Source: Leptolyngbya sp. BL-A-14 (GTDB taxonomy: Bacteria > Cyanobacteriota > Cyanobacteriia > Leptolyngbyales > Leptolyngbyaceae). Taken from it: a stretch of DNA of 64,000 nt. The stretch spans positions 2,324,571 to 2,388,570 of the forward strand of contig CP166621.1 of assembly GCA_041937185.1 (NCBI GenBank). Reading direction: 5' to 3'. The notes under the pieces are model-generated. The model searched no databases and was not told where the DNA came from. It was given only the letters and a program-made list of their open reading frames with translations. Numbering within the stretch: the first letter of the stretch is position 1; the number at the start of each line of letters is the position of its first letter. The translations under genes were made by a program, and so were the position numbers. This document shows, one piece after another, positions 29,849 to 40,769 of this stretch.

Positions 29849-30862
29849 TCAATACACTTGAGGAACAAAGAATTGCTCGTTAAGCGGTGGACGCACGTAA
29901 TCAAGGGGAGCGCTGCGACGGGGTTTTAGTTCTAGCGGTTCAGGGGTCATATCAACGTAGGAAATTTTGCTCAAAATATGGCTGATGCAATTGAGGCGAG
30001 CACGCTTTTTGTCATCGGCTTCGACTGTAAACCAGGGTGCTTCGGGAATATTGGTGTGGGAAAACATGGCGTCTTTAGCTTGAGAATATTCCACCCAGCG
30101 ATCGCGCGATTCTAAATCCATGGGGCTGAGCTTCCAACGACGAGCTGGATCGGTGAGGCGCGATTGAAACCGTCGCTCTTGCTCATCGTCACTCACCGAA
30201 AACCAATATTTCAACAAGATGATGCCTGAGCGAACGAGCATTCGTTCAAACTCCGGGCAGGTTTGCATAAATTCCTGGTACTGCTCATCGGTACAAAACC
30301 CCATGACATGCTCTACGCCTGCACGGTTGTACCAACTGCGATCGAAGCACACGATTTCACCCGCTGCGGGCAGATGAGCAATATACCGTTGAAAGTACCA
30401 TTCAGTCTTTTCGCGATCGCTGGGTGTTCCCAAGGCCACCACACGACAGCCACGCGGATTGAGGGGTTCTGTAATGCGCTTGATGGTACCGCCCTTGCCT
30501 GCGGCATCTCGCCCTTCAAACAAAATGACAATGCGGGTACCCGTTTGCTTGACCCAGTACTGCATTTTCACCAGTTCCACCTGGAGATTAGCAAGCTCTT
30601 TTTCATACACTTTGCTGGATAGTTTAGAGCTACCTTCTGATTCAGAGATGTGATGAAAAATCCGCCGCTCTCGAAGCCGAAGTTTGGCTTTTGTTGGCGT
30701 TTCCGATAGTGGTTCTTGTTTCTGCTCTTTCTTGTGGTGCTTCTTCTTATGTTTGAGCTTCTTATCTTTCTTTTTAGCTTTTTCCTTAAGGTCTGTTTCT
30801 GGTAAGGCGATATCTCCGTTTTCAGATGTGGAATGGTTGCCACGAGACGATTTCGTTTTCAT
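29849..30862 (-). CDS. ppk2: polyphosphate kinase 2 (PPK2) with a polybasic Lys/His N-terminal extension
   Basis: PPK2 Walker A EGRDAAGKGG and the conserved FDRSWYNRAGVE; N-terminal KKKDKKLKHKKKHHKKEQK. Confidence 0.85.
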   Translation of the reverse strand: MKTKSSRGNHSTSENGDIALPETDLKEKAKKKDKKLKHKKKHHKKEQKQEPLSETPTKAKLRLRERRIFHHISESEGSSKLSSKVYEKELANLQVELVKMQYWVKQTGTRIVILFEGRDAAGKGGTIKRITEPLNPRGCRVVALGTPSDREKTEWYFQRYIAHLPAAGEIVCFDRSWYNRAGVEHVMGFCTDEQYQEFMQTCPEFERMLVRSGIILLKYWFSVSDDEQERRFQSRLTDPARRWKLSPMDLESRDRWVEYSQAKDAMFSHTNIPEAPWFTVEADDKKRARLNCISHILSKISYVDMTPEPLELKPRRSAPLDYVRPPLNEQFFVPQVY

Positions 30863-31158
30863 AGTACAAGGTGGATAGATGATTTTTTTCTTTAAAGTAA
30901 ACGTTGAACGTGTAGAAGAAAAAGCTGGTTAATGTGTATTGAATGGTACTTGAAAGATTGAAAAGGCGACCCATCCTGTAGAGGCAACGCATTGCTTCGC
31001 CCCTAACTCAGCGATTGATCGATAGCCGTCATGCTTTCAATTAGTCTAACGAGCTGACTCCTAGTTTAAATCGATCGCATAACGTTGGTTGCCCTAAACC
31101 GAGCACCTGAATTTTCGTTAAAAAGAAGAAGGTTTAAGCAGGAGCAGCAGGTAGGACT

Positions 31159-31743
31159 TTAGCTAATGACGCGAAACGTCAGGTTGATGCGTGGAAGCAC
31201 TGGCCGTTTGGTTTTGGGCACTTGATGTTGCCAGTAATGCTGAGTTGTGCCCTTCATGAGTAAGCAACTGCCTGTGATGAGTTCCAACTGATGCGTCCAT
31301 TCTTTTTTAAGGCGATGCCGAAGCAGAAAGCGTCGCGTTCCACCCAGGCTGAGAGAGGCGATCACGGGATTGTGTCCCAGTTCGGGTTCATCATCGCTGT
31401 GCCATCCCATACTGTCATTGCCATCGCGATAGAGATTCAGCAACACGCTATTGAACACAACGCCTGAAACCGCGTCCACTTTCGCTTTGAGGTCGAGTAG
31501 GGTAGGAGTCCAGGGGGTTGGCTGCATGGTGATGCCAGAGTAGGTATAGGCTTTGCCAGGATCACCCACCCAGGCTGTGAGTCTAGGTTGGGGGAGCGAT
31601 CGCCCGTAGATCGTTAGCCAGTCTTGCCGCCAATCGATCGTTTGGGTCAAGGTGGTGAGCAGGCGATCGCTGGCCTGACGATCGAGAAAGGATGGATAAA
31701 AAATAATCTCTGCGTCAGGCAATGGCAGGAGGGCTTTCAGCAT
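31159..31743 (-). CDS. alkB: alpha-ketoglutarate-dependent dioxygenase AlkB
   Basis: 2OG-Fe(II) oxygenase motifs HSDDE…, RRFLLRH. Confidence 0.8.
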   Translation of the reverse strand: MLKALLPLPDAEIIFYPSFLDRQASDRLLTTLTQTIDWRQDWLTIYGRSLPQPRLTAWVGDPGKAYTYSGITMQPTPWTPTLLDLKAKVDAVSGVVFNSVLLNLYRDGNDSMGWHSDDEPELGHNPVIASLSLGGTRRFLLRHRLKKEWTHQLELITGSCLLMKGTTQHYWQHQVPKTKRPVLPRINLTFRVIS

Positions 31744-31781
31744 GGCTTACAGCGACGCTCGGTTGAGTCAGCCGCAGTTTT

Positions 31782-31846
31782 GGGAGTAGGGGGATGGGGG
31801 ATAGGAGATGGGAGTAAGGGGAGGGGGTGGGGGATGGCAGGTGCAG
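31782..31846. repeat. STRR-like G-rich heptamer tract (GGGGATR family)
   Basis: gggagtagggggatgggggataggagatgggagtaaggggagggggtgggggatgg. Confidence 0.7.
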
Positions 31847-31877
31847 CGTGCCACTATTTGAAGCAGGCAGAAAGGTA

Positions 31878-32480
31878 TCAAGAGGGGGGCTCTGTTCCTC
31901 CGTTGACAAGACCTGCCAGTAACAAACGCCAAACCTGGGCAAAGTCAGCATCGATCGTTGGACTGCTCCATTCGTTAGCATGAGCGGGATGATGGAAGCG
32001 AGTTGTGGCGTAAAAAACGGCCTTCGCTGCGGTATGGGCATCTGTAACCGCAAACTCCTGGCTGGCAATACCGCTTGCAATGATTTGAGTGAGTTGTTGT
32101 ACCAGTTCGTCGATGTGAGCTTGCACGACGTCTCGCGCTTCTTCCACGATCGCTGCATAGGTCGCGAACAATTCGGGATCATCCAGTACTTTTTGCCGTT
32201 TGAGTTTGATGAGGTGTTCCAACCAACGGTGTAACCGCTCCACAGCGGAACCTTGATCGGCCGCAATAATAGCCAACGGCGCGGCAACTCGGTGCAACCA
32301 CCGTTCTGCCACGGCATCGCGCAACGCTGCTTTACTAGCAAAGTGTCGGTAAAGCGTGCCGTGGCTCACCTCTAGAAAGCGAGCCACATCCACAACCGTT
32401 GTCTTTGCGGGTCCATACCGTCGCAAAACTTCTTCTGCGGCATCAAGAATCCGCTCTGGTGTCAACGCTGAATCACTCAA
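31878..32480 (-). CDS. TetR/AcrR family transcriptional regulator
   Basis: N-terminal HTH …TTVVDVARFLEVSHGTLYRHFASK…. Confidence 0.85.
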   Translation of the reverse strand: MSDSALTPERILDAAEEVLRRYGPAKTTVVDVARFLEVSHGTLYRHFASKAALRDAVAERWLHRVAAPLAIIAADQGSAVERLHRWLEHLIKLKRQKVLDDPELFATYAAIVEEARDVVQAHIDELVQQLTQIIASGIASQEFAVTDAHTAAKAVFYATTRFHHPAHANEWSSPTIDADFAQVWRLLLAGLVNGGTEPPS

Positions 32481-32543
32481 CGGGGCTGTTTACCTCTGGG
32501 ATACGCTTCAATGGTGGGATACGTTCTGATAGGGGACAGGTTT

Positions 32544-33548
32544 TTATACTGACGTACGCTCGCTATTGAGCATGGCCATTTGCTCTGCATTGTAGCGATC
32601 GCCTGCCACGGCATCGGGTGGAATCGCCGCTTCAATTTGGGCAAGGTCGGCCTGACTTAATTGTAGATTCAACGCGCCCAACGCTTCCTGCAACTGATCG
32701 CGTCGCCGTGAGCCGATGAGTGGAATGATGTCGGTGCCTTGTGCAAGTACCCAGGCGATCGCAACCTGAGCGACAGTAGCCTCTTTTGCTTGAGCAATCT
32801 GGCGCAGTGCTTCTACCAGTAACAGGTTGCGATCGAGATTCTCGCCCGCAAAACGCGGTAGGTGTCCGCGAAAATCCTGCGTCGTTGTTGACCGATCTTT
32901 TGACCAGTGGCCGCTCAACAGTCCTCGTGATAGGACGCCATACGCAGTGATTGCGATGCCTAGCTCACGCACAGCAGGCAGAATCTCAGCTTCAATGCCC
33001 CGACTCAGCAGCGAATATTCAATTTGCAGCCAGGAAATGGGATGCACGGCATGAGCCCGTCGAATGACCTCTACTCCCACTTCTGATAGCCCAATATGCC
33101 GGATGTACCCAGCCTGCACCATTTCGCCGATCGTCCCGATCGTGTCTTCGATTGGCACAGTAGGGTCAAGGCGGGCTGGTTGATACAGGTCGATATAGTC
33201 GGTGCCCAGGCGCTTAAGAGTGTAGGCGAGAAAGGTCTTTACGGCTGCTGGACGACCATCAAAGCCAATGAAATGACCTTCCGGCGATCGCAAGGCTCCA
33301 AATTTGACGGCAATGAAGACATCTTCCCGTCGTCGTCCTGCCAGCGCTTCGTGCAAGAGCAACTCGTTGTGCCCCATGCCATAGAAATCACCCGTATCAA
33401 GCAAGTTAATACCGGCATCAAGCGCTGCATGCACCGTCGCAATACTTTCGCTTCGATCGGCAGGACCATAAACGTCCGACATGCCCATACAGCCCAGCCC
33501 AATGGCTGAGACGGTTGCTTCAGTCGTACCCAGTTTGCTTAATAGCAT
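32544..33548 (-). CDS. aldo/keto reductase
   Basis: 334 aa; AKR signature …LGCMGMS…[11 protein letters not shown]…. Confidence 0.9.
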   Translation of the reverse strand: MLLSKLGTTEATVSAIGLGCMGMSDVYGPADRSESIATVHAALDAGINLLDTGDFYGMGHNELLLHEALAGRRREDVFIAVKFGALRSPEGHFIGFDGRPAAVKTFLAYTLKRLGTDYIDLYQPARLDPTVPIEDTIGTIGEMVQAGYIRHIGLSEVGVEVIRRAHAVHPISWLQIEYSLLSRGIEAEILPAVRELGIAITAYGVLSRGLLSGHWSKDRSTTTQDFRGHLPRFAGENLDRNLLLVEALRQIAQAKEATVAQVAIAWVLAQGTDIIPLIGSRRRDQLQEALGALNLQLSQADLAQIEAAIPPDAVAGDRYNAEQMAMLNSERTSV

Positions 33549-33879
33549 TGTGCGTCCTCCACGCTGGTGATGACATTACCCTAACGAATTGAATGACAAA
33601 AATCAATATCTGTTACTCAAATTTTGTTAGAGCGTTTGTGCTTTTGCTATATGCCTTGGAGGGCGCGTTCGTTCTGCGCGTTCAAGCCGAAGGACGTCTA
33701 ACCGAACGGTGGTTGAATGCGGCAGAAAACGGCTTTGTCTGGAGCGGTAGATCGTACGACAAGGTGAAGTTTGCCTGCCTTGTTCCCTGTAACATGCAGG
33801 CACGCGTCAAGCGCTTGTCTCAATGAACCTCCTCCCAACGCGATCGTCGGGAAGAACACGAACGGCAATCACAGCCAGC

Positions 33880-34449
33880 ATGAAACACCCTTCTCGACCC
33901 ATCCAACTCCTGGCGATTTCAGGCAGCCTGCGGGAACGATCGTCGAATACCGCCCTCTTGCAAGCGGCGATCGCACTGGCACCCAAGCATGTAGAAATTC
34001 GGCTCTATAAGGGACTGGGCGATTTACCGCACTTCAATCCTGACCTTGAACCGTACGAACCGGCGGCTGTCACAGATTTACGCCAGCAACTGCATATCTG
34101 TGACGGGTTAATCATTTCAAGCCCAGAGTATGCCCATAGCATCCCTGGTGTCTTAAAAAACGCACTGGATTGGCTGGTAAGTGGAGAAGAGTTTGTAGGT
34201 AAACCCGTTGCCCTCTTGAATGCATCACCGCGAGCAACCTATGCTCAAGCAACCCTTAGAGAGGTCGTCACGGTGATGTCGGGGCACCTGGTTGCTGAAG
34301 CATCGATCGATATCCCATTACTGGGTAGAAATCTCGATGCAGCAGGCATTGTAGCTGATCCAGACTTCTCTACTGCCATTAACGGCGCGATCGTGGCCTT
34401 TGTAGCCGCGATTGAAAAGAGGGTAGTAGAGCAATCCCCAAGCCCATGA
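33880..34449 (+). CDS. NAD(P)H-dependent FMN reductase
   Basis: …LLAISGSLRERSSNTALL…LIISSPEYAHSIPGVLKNALDWL…; ATG at 33880; the listed ORF starts earlier. Confidence 0.8.
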   Translation: MKHPSRPIQLLAISGSLRERSSNTALLQAAIALAPKHVEIRLYKGLGDLPHFNPDLEPYEPAAVTDLRQQLHICDGLIISSPEYAHSIPGVLKNALDWLVSGEEFVGKPVALLNASPRATYAQATLREVVTVMSGHLVAEASIDIPLLGRNLDAAGIVADPDFSTAINGAIVAFVAAIEKRVVEQSPSP

Positions 34450-35323
34450 AGGGTCGTGCCGTAAAGGGAAGGATTGTGAGAGGGTGAGAGCGTGCGAAAG
34501 CCCCTACTCACATGTTCTCATCCGCCTACTATTCATCTCTAGTCGTTCCTCAATAAGACTACCCTCTGAAGGCTGTCTAAAAGTTTAGAGAATGTCTGAA
34601 AAGGAGTCGTTGATAGCACTCACCCGCCCTGCACTGAAATGCAGGCTGACAGCAGGAAGTCCGTTGAAACGGACTCTAGTCATCGCAAGGGTGCCAAATC
34701 CTCTCAAGAGAACTGCAAGAGCGTTTCAACGGGTTTCGTACCATGAGCCCGGATTTTAATCACCAGCGGTGAACGACGGAGCGAGTAGCCTTTCAAGACG
34801 TTTGTCAGTCAATTAGATTTAAACCTCTTCCACGTTGAAATCACTTTTGAGCTTAAGGTTTGCTTGAGACCACCATTGTACTGAAGAAAAAATTGTTGAA
34901 ATCTATCTAAGAACAGAGTGCAAAAGTTTATTGCTAAGGAATATAGTGAGCAAGATTGCTACCCTATCGGATGAGGCGATTTTTTTATACATGTACAACA
35001 ATCAATGCTGTCGTCTCTTTCTCACTGGTTCATCTTGCCCGCCACATCTGGTATTGCTGTTTAGGCAGCAGAAATAGCTTCTCTAGCTTTAAGTACGTTC
35101 AAAATTAATTTAAATGCGTTCACAACCTAAACTTCCTTAAGTTCTTCGGCAACATTGAAGTTAAGCAAGTTAAGCATATTAGGAAAGTTAGCCTGCTGGT
35201 ATAGCGCCAGGTTTAAATCGATTTATATCAGTCAATGAGCGATCGCCACGGTTACGCTTTCTAACCCTGTGGTGATTGATTTCGATCAACATCTGACAAG
35301 CTTTCTCATATTCGGAGGTTGGA

Positions 35324-36586
35324 GTGCAACGATACTCGTTCCTTATTGCGTTACTTCTGTTATCTCTGGGTGCTAGCGCTTGTAGTAAAAATGACAGTGC
35401 CGCTAAAGCCAGCGGGCCACCCCCTTCTCAAGTAAAGGTGCAAACTTTGCAGAATGGCACTCTGCAAGACAGCATTGAATACGTCGGTACGTTGCAAGCA
35501 GAAAAAACGGTTCAGCTTGTACCCCAAATTCAGGGACGCATTGGAGAAATTTTGGTTCAGCCAGGGGCGCGAGTCGAAAAGGGTGATCCGATTTTTCTGC
35601 TCAATCCAGACGATACGCTTTCGCAGGTTAGAAGTGCCCAGTCCACGATCGGCGTTAATCTTGCGGCTCGTAATACCGCAGCCAAGCAACTCCAGGCATC
35701 AAAGTCGGCCCTAGCCTCAGCGCAAGCACAGTATGAATTGGCACGGGTGAATAACCTCCGCTATCAGCAGCTCTATCGAGAGGGCGCGGTCGGTGCAGCA
35801 ACTGCCGATCAATATGCCACGGCTGAAAAAACAGCTCTCGCAACGGTCAGACAAAATCAAGACGAGGTTAGCGCTCAGCAGGCAGCGGTTGACCAGGCAG
35901 ACGCCACTGTGCGCAAATCGCAATCTGATTTGGATACGGCACAGGTCAGCTTGAACTACAAACGGGTTGTTGCACCCATTTCAGGCTCGGTTGGTAATAT
36001 CACGCTCAAACCAGGAGATTACGTGACAGCGGGGCAAACCCTGACGACGATCAACCAGAATGACTATTTTGATCTGCAAATTCCCGTGCCCTTAAGTAAG
36101 GCTGGACTGGTGAAAACAGGGCTGACGGTGGAACTGCTCGACCCGAATAGTGGAAACCAGGTCGGCACTGGCAAAATCTATTTTGTTTCCTCGCAGGCAA
36201 GCGCAACGGATCAATCCATTTTGACGCGGGCGCGGTTTGTCAACGAAGGCAGTAAGCTACGGGATGCGCAGTACGTAAGAGCGCGAGTGATCTGGTCAAC
36301 CAAGCCAGGCGTCATGGTGCCGACGACCGCTGTTACCCCGATCGGGGGACAGAACTTTGTGTTTGTGGCTGAAGATAAAACGGATGACCAGGGCAAAACC
36401 CAAACCGTAGCGCATCAATTGCCGGTGACGTTGGGCAATATTCAAGGGCAATCTTATCAGGTGTTGAAAGGTCTGAAACCGGGCGATCGCGTCATTGTGT
36501 CTGGAGTGGCTCGCTTGCGTGATGGTGCGCCTGTTAAACCTGAGGCGGCTGATGTCAGCGCATCGCCAGCGAATGCCGCTAGTTAG
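35324..36586 (+). CDS. efflux RND transporter periplasmic adaptor subunit (HlyD/MFP family)
   Basis: Lipoprotein-like N-terminus, coiled-coil hairpin region, beta-barrel C-terminus; precedes the RND permease. Confidence 0.85.
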   Translation: MQRYSFLIALLLLSLGASACSKNDSAAKASGPPPSQVKVQTLQNGTLQDSIEYVGTLQAEKTVQLVPQIQGRIGEILVQPGARVEKGDPIFLLNPDDTLSQVRSAQSTIGVNLAARNTAAKQLQASKSALASAQAQYELARVNNLRYQQLYREGAVGAATADQYATAEKTALATVRQNQDEVSAQQAAVDQADATVRKSQSDLDTAQVSLNYKRVVAPISGSVGNITLKPGDYVTAGQTLTTINQNDYFDLQIPVPLSKAGLVKTGLTVELLDPNSGNQVGTGKIYFVSSQASATDQSILTRARFVNEGSKLRDAQYVRARVIWSTKPGVMVPTTAVTPIGGQNFVFVAEDKTDDQGKTQTVAHQLPVTLGNIQGQSYQVLKGLKPGDRVIVSGVARLRDGAPVKPEAADVSASPANAAS

Positions 36587-36629
36587 TTGAACCGAGTTCG
36601 TTGATCTCAGTTGTTAAGAGGCTGCCGCC

Positions 36630-39600
36630 GTGATTTTATCCATTGCGGATACGTTTATTAAGCGCCCGGTACTGACAACGGTCTGTACGATCGTGATTTT
36701 GTTGCTGGGGGCCGTGAGTCTACCGCTTTTGCCGATTGAATATGTGCCTCAAATTGCACCGATTCAGGTTCAGGTGACGGCTAGCTATGTAGGAGCCGAT
36801 CCAGAAACGATCGAAACCACCGTTACAACGCCGATTGAGCGGAAGCTGAACGGCACCCGTGATATGCAGTATTTCACCTCAACCAGTGTGGCAGGCTCTA
36901 GCAATATTGCTGCCTTCTTTGGGGTGAATACAAAGCCGAATGAAGACCAGGTGAACGTTCAAAATAACCTGCAACAGGCCACGCCGCTTCTGCCTTCATC
37001 GGTGCAACAGCAGGGCATTGTGGTGAAAACGGCGTCTCCCAGTATTCTGGTCGTCTATGGCTTCTTTTCACCGAACGATGAGTACGACGCTACCTTCATC
37101 AGTAACTATGTTGACCTGTACGTAACGGATGAAGTGGCACGGATTCCAGGGGTGGGTCAAACCAACGTGTTTGGACAGTTGCAATACGCTATGCGGTTTT
37201 GGCTTGACCCCAATGCCCTCGCTAGCCGCAAGATTGCGGTGAATGATGTCGTCAGCGCTATCCAAGCCCAGAATGTGGTTGTGGGAGGTGGATCGATCGG
37301 TTCCGAACCCGCACCCAAAGGGCAACAATACCAAATTCCACTCAAGCTGCAAGGGCAATTTAAGAGTGTTGCGGATGCAGAAAATATTGTCATCAAAGTG
37401 GGAAGTGATGGCACCCAGACCAAGCTCAAGGATGTGGGACGGGTTGAATTGGGGGCACAGTCCTACAGTAGTTCTGCCAAAATTAACGGCAAACCGGGTG
37501 TCGCATTAGGGGTTTACCAGTTACCAGGCAGTAATGCGCTGGATGTGGCAAAGCAAGTTGCGACGAAGATGGAAGAGCTGAAGCAAAGCTTTCCACCGGG
37601 TATTGAAACCGAATTGGTCTATGACACGGTGAGCTTTATTGAAGAGTCAAACAAGGAAGTCATCATCACCCTGGTAGAGGCGATCGTGCTGGTGATTCTG
37701 GTGATTTTCGTCTTCTTGCAAGACTGGCGGGCGACAATTATTCCAACAATCGCCATTCCCGTCTCCTTAATTGGGGCGATGATCTTTGCCAAGCTGTTTG
37801 GCTTTTCCATCAACAGTTTGACCATGTTTGGACTGGTACTGGCTACGGGACTGGTGGTGGACGATGCCATTCTAGTGGTGGAGGCGATCGCAGCCAAAAT
37901 TCAAAATGAGGGAATGACGGCCCGACAGGCCAGCTATGAGGCTATGAATGAACTCACAGGAGCCATTCTTTCGACCTCACTGGTGTTGATGGCGGTGTTT
38001 GTGCCAGTGGCATTTTTCCCTGGTGCGACAGGCTTACTGTATCGGCAGTTTGCGCTAATTATTGCGTTTTCGATCGCCGTCTCCACGTTCAATGCCTTGA
38101 GCTTTAGTCCCAGTATTGCCGCCATTTTGCTGCGTCCACCCCAGGAGGCCAGCGGACCGTTAGGCTGGTTTTTTGACAAATTTAACCGGGGCTTTAGCTG
38201 GTCACGCGATCGCTATCTCAGCGCGACAGAGTTTCTCATCAAACTGCGCTACCTGGTGATTGGCATTTTTGTGGTGGGATTGGTCGCCACTGTCTTTATG
38301 TTCAAGGTGGTACCTGCTGGGTTTGTCCCTGCCGAAGATCAGGGATCTGTGCTGGGGTTTGTGCAGGGTCCGAACATTGCATCACTGCAGTACACCCGCA
38401 ACATTTTGGATCAGGTGCATCAATCGGTAGTCAGTGTGCCAGAGATTGAATCTACGGCAGAAATCAGCGGTGCCGGCTTTAACGGTAATGCCGCCAATCA
38501 GGGGATCTTTTTTGCCCACTTCAAGCCCTGGAGCGATCGCCCCAAAGCCAATCAAACCGTTGCAGCCATCCTGAAAAAGTTGAATGGAGAACTGGCTGGC
38601 AAAATTACGGGTGCAACAGCGGTTGGCTCCAGTCCGCCTGCCATTCCTGGGTTTAGCCCGTTGGGTGGTTTTAACATGCAGGTGGAGGACACCACAAACG
38701 GTCGCCTGTCGTTTCAAGAATTTGCTGGCAATGCTCAGGATATTTTGAAGGAAGCCAATCAAAGCGGCATCTTTCAGCCACCAGGCGCTTTTACCCAATT
38801 TACAGCGAATACGCCGCAGTATGAGATTGACATCAACCGTGATCAGTTGAATGCCCTCAATGTAAATTTCGATGATGCGTTGACGGCACTGAGCACCAGC
38901 ATCGGTTCAACCTACGTGAACCAGTTTGTGTTGGGACCGCGCTTTTACCAGGTGTATGTGCAGTTAGACGCGCAATACCGCAGCAAACCGGAGGATCTGA
39001 AGCAAATTTATGTGCGATCGAGCAGTACCAATGGCACCAGTAATATGGTGTCGCTGGATCAGTTAGTGACGATTAAGCCATTTACAGGACCCGCCGTCAT
39101 TTCGCACTTCAATGGTTATCGTTCCATCTTGCTGCAAGGGACTCAGACCTCGGAGCACAGTAGTGGTGAAGCGATCGATGTCATCAGCAACGCATTCAAA
39201 AAGATTGCGTTGCCGGGGATCAAGTTTGAGTGGGCAGATTTAACCCGACAGGAAGTCGCCGCCGGAAGTTTGGGTCCGTTAATCTTCCTGTTTGGCATCA
39301 TCATGGTGTTTCTGGTATTAGCCGCTCAGTATGAGAGCTACATCGACCCCATGATTATTTTGCTGACGGTGCCATTAGCGATTTTGGGTGCCCTTAGTGC
39401 GATCGCCCTGCGACGGTTGATTGATCCCACCCTGGCAAATGACGTTTACGCTAATATTGCGCTGGTCATGCTGATTGGTCTTGCCAGTAAAAACGCCATC
39501 CTGATTGTAGAATTTGCCAATCAGGCGCGTGAGCAGGGGAAGTCGATCGTTCAGGCAGCGCTAACGGCGGCAGAAGAACGGTTGCGCCCCATTCTCATGA

Positions 39601-39911
39601 CGGCCTTTGCCGCACTGGTAGGATTCTTTCCGCTTGTTGTAGCAACGGGCGCAGGGGCAAACTCACGACACTCGCTAGGTACAGCCGTCTTTGGAGGACT
39701 GCTGGTAGCAACGTTTCTCAGCCTCTTGTTTGTGCCCGTGCTCTATGTCGTGATCAAAACCCTGGAAGCTCAATTCCTCGACAAAGCGCGACCTAACCGA
39801 CCCTCTGGTGGAACCCCTACCCATACGGAACCTGATTCTTCCCACGATGGTGCGAGTGAAACACCTCAACCAGAAGCCACTCGGAGAATTCAGGGTGAGC
39901 CGTTGGGTTAG
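36630..39911 (+). CDS. efflux RND transporter permease (AcrB/AcrD/AcrF family)
   Basis: 1093 aa, 12-TM RND architecture with two large periplasmic loops. Confidence 0.9.
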   Translation: MILSIADTFIKRPVLTTVCTIVILLLGAVSLPLLPIEYVPQIAPIQVQVTASYVGADPETIETTVTTPIERKLNGTRDMQYFTSTSVAGSSNIAAFFGVNTKPNEDQVNVQNNLQQATPLLPSSVQQQGIVVKTASPSILVVYGFFSPNDEYDATFISNYVDLYVTDEVARIPGVGQTNVFGQLQYAMRFWLDPNALASRKIAVNDVVSAIQAQNVVVGGGSIGSEPAPKGQQYQIPLKLQGQFKSVADAENIVIKVGSDGTQTKLKDVGRVELGAQSYSSSAKINGKPGVALGVYQLPGSNALDVAKQVATKMEELKQSFPPGIETELVYDTVSFIEESNKEVIITLVEAIVLVILVIFVFLQDWRATIIPTIAIPVSLIGAMIFAKLFGFSINSLTMFGLVLATGLVVDDAILVVEAIAAKIQNEGMTARQASYEAMNELTGAILSTSLVLMAVFVPVAFFPGATGLLYRQFALIIAFSIAVSTFNALSFSPSIAAILLRPPQEASGPLGWFFDKFNRGFSWSRDRYLSATEFLIKLRYLVIGIFVVGLVATVFMFKVVPAGFVPAEDQGSVLGFVQGPNIASLQYTRNILDQVHQSVVSVPEIESTAEISGAGFNGNAANQGIFFAHFKPWSDRPKANQTVAAILKKLNGELAGKITGATAVGSSPPAIPGFSPLGGFNMQVEDTTNGRLSFQEFAGNAQDILKEANQSGIFQPPGAFTQFTANTPQYEIDINRDQLNALNVNFDDALTALSTSIGSTYVNQFVLGPRFYQVYVQLDAQYRSKPEDLKQIYVRSSSTNGTSNMVSLDQLVTIKPFTGPAVISHFNGYRSILLQGTQTSEHSSGEAIDVISNAFKKIALPGIKFEWADLTRQEVAAGSLGPLIFLFGIIMVFLVLAAQYESYIDPMIILLTVPLAILGALSAIALRRLIDPTLANDVYANIALVMLIGLASKNAILIVEFANQAREQGKSIVQAALTAAEERLRPILMTAFAALVGFFPLVVATGAGANSRHSLGTAVFGGLLVATFLSLLFVPVLYVVIKTLEAQFLDKARPNRPSGGTPTHTEPDSSHDGASETPQPEATRRIQGEPLG

Positions 39912-40251
39912 TCCAGGTTGCCGTTCTAGCTTTGTCAACTTCTAGTTTTGCCACCAATGAGTTACCTGAAGACCGCGATCGCGGTCTTCATTTTTTTGCT
40001 TTGTACTCTTTTGGGTGTTGTCAAAGTTGTATGGATGTCTTTAACGATGAAGCCCAGTGACTATGCCAAAACTCACCGTAAAACAGAAAACCTGGTTGCC
40101 TTCGGGACATGTTGCCTTTGGTGGGGTCTGATTTGGCACTTCATTGTGCATGGTGCTAATCGCTTTAAACAGCCAAAACATGGCAACCGGAGACGAACTG
40201 TATCGCATTTGCCAGACTTGGAAGAGAGGTTCGCTTTACCAATCCACGTCG

Positions 40252-40767
40252 TCACAGTTGATCGCGGGTTGGGGGATCGAATTCTACTAACAGTTCGATC
40301 GTGCTGGGACGAAAACCACACGATTGGAATAGCTGTCGTGCCGTTTCATTTGCCATAGCAGTATCCAGTCGAACCTGTTGAACGCCTTTTTGTGCGAAGA
40401 TTTGCAGTGCTCGCTCGGTCAGTTGTCGCCCTAAGCCCGCCTTGCGCTCGCCTGGTTCTACCCACAGGTCATGAATGAAGCCAAATTCTTGCAGGCGATA
40501 GATGGGAATCTCCGTTTCGATCGTGCCCACCAGAAAAGCAGCCAACGTTCCAGGTTGCTGATTGGTAGACGGCTTGCGTTCGGCCACTAAAAAGACGCTA
40601 TCATCGCTCGTTGCCCGCTCTACAAGCCAACGCTCATACCGCTCGGCAGGATTGGGCACAAACCCATACTTGGCAGCATCCCAGGTCTCGTGCAGAGCAC
40701 AGATCTTGGCGACCATCGGCAGCACAGCAGGCACATCGGCAGGCGTAGCAAGGCGAATTTGCATCAC
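40252..40767 (-). CDS. GNAT family N-acetyltransferase
   Basis: Acetyl-CoA-binding region …HDLWVEPGERKAGLGRQL…. Confidence 0.8.
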   Translation of the reverse strand: MMQIRLATPADVPAVLPMVAKICALHETWDAAKYGFVPNPAERYERWLVERATSDDSVFLVAERKPSTNQQPGTLAAFLVGTIETEIPIYRLQEFGFIHDLWVEPGERKAGLGRQLTERALQIFAQKGVQQVRLDTAMANETARQLFQSCGFRPSTIELLVEFDPPTRDQL

Positions 40768-40769
40768 AG

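Noticed and set aside
31715-32341. 208-aa minus-strand ORF spanning the alkB-TetR intergenic repeat
   Set aside because: Runs through the STRR tract and overlaps the TetR gene out of frame; TetR (31878-32480) has a clear HTH
34560-34800. RNase P RNA / tmRNA / 6S RNA
   Set aside because: Conserved RNase P P4 elements and the tmRNA tag-reading frame and acceptor features are not present; only generic GNRA-like hairpins were found, so it is kept as an unclassified structured-RNA candidate
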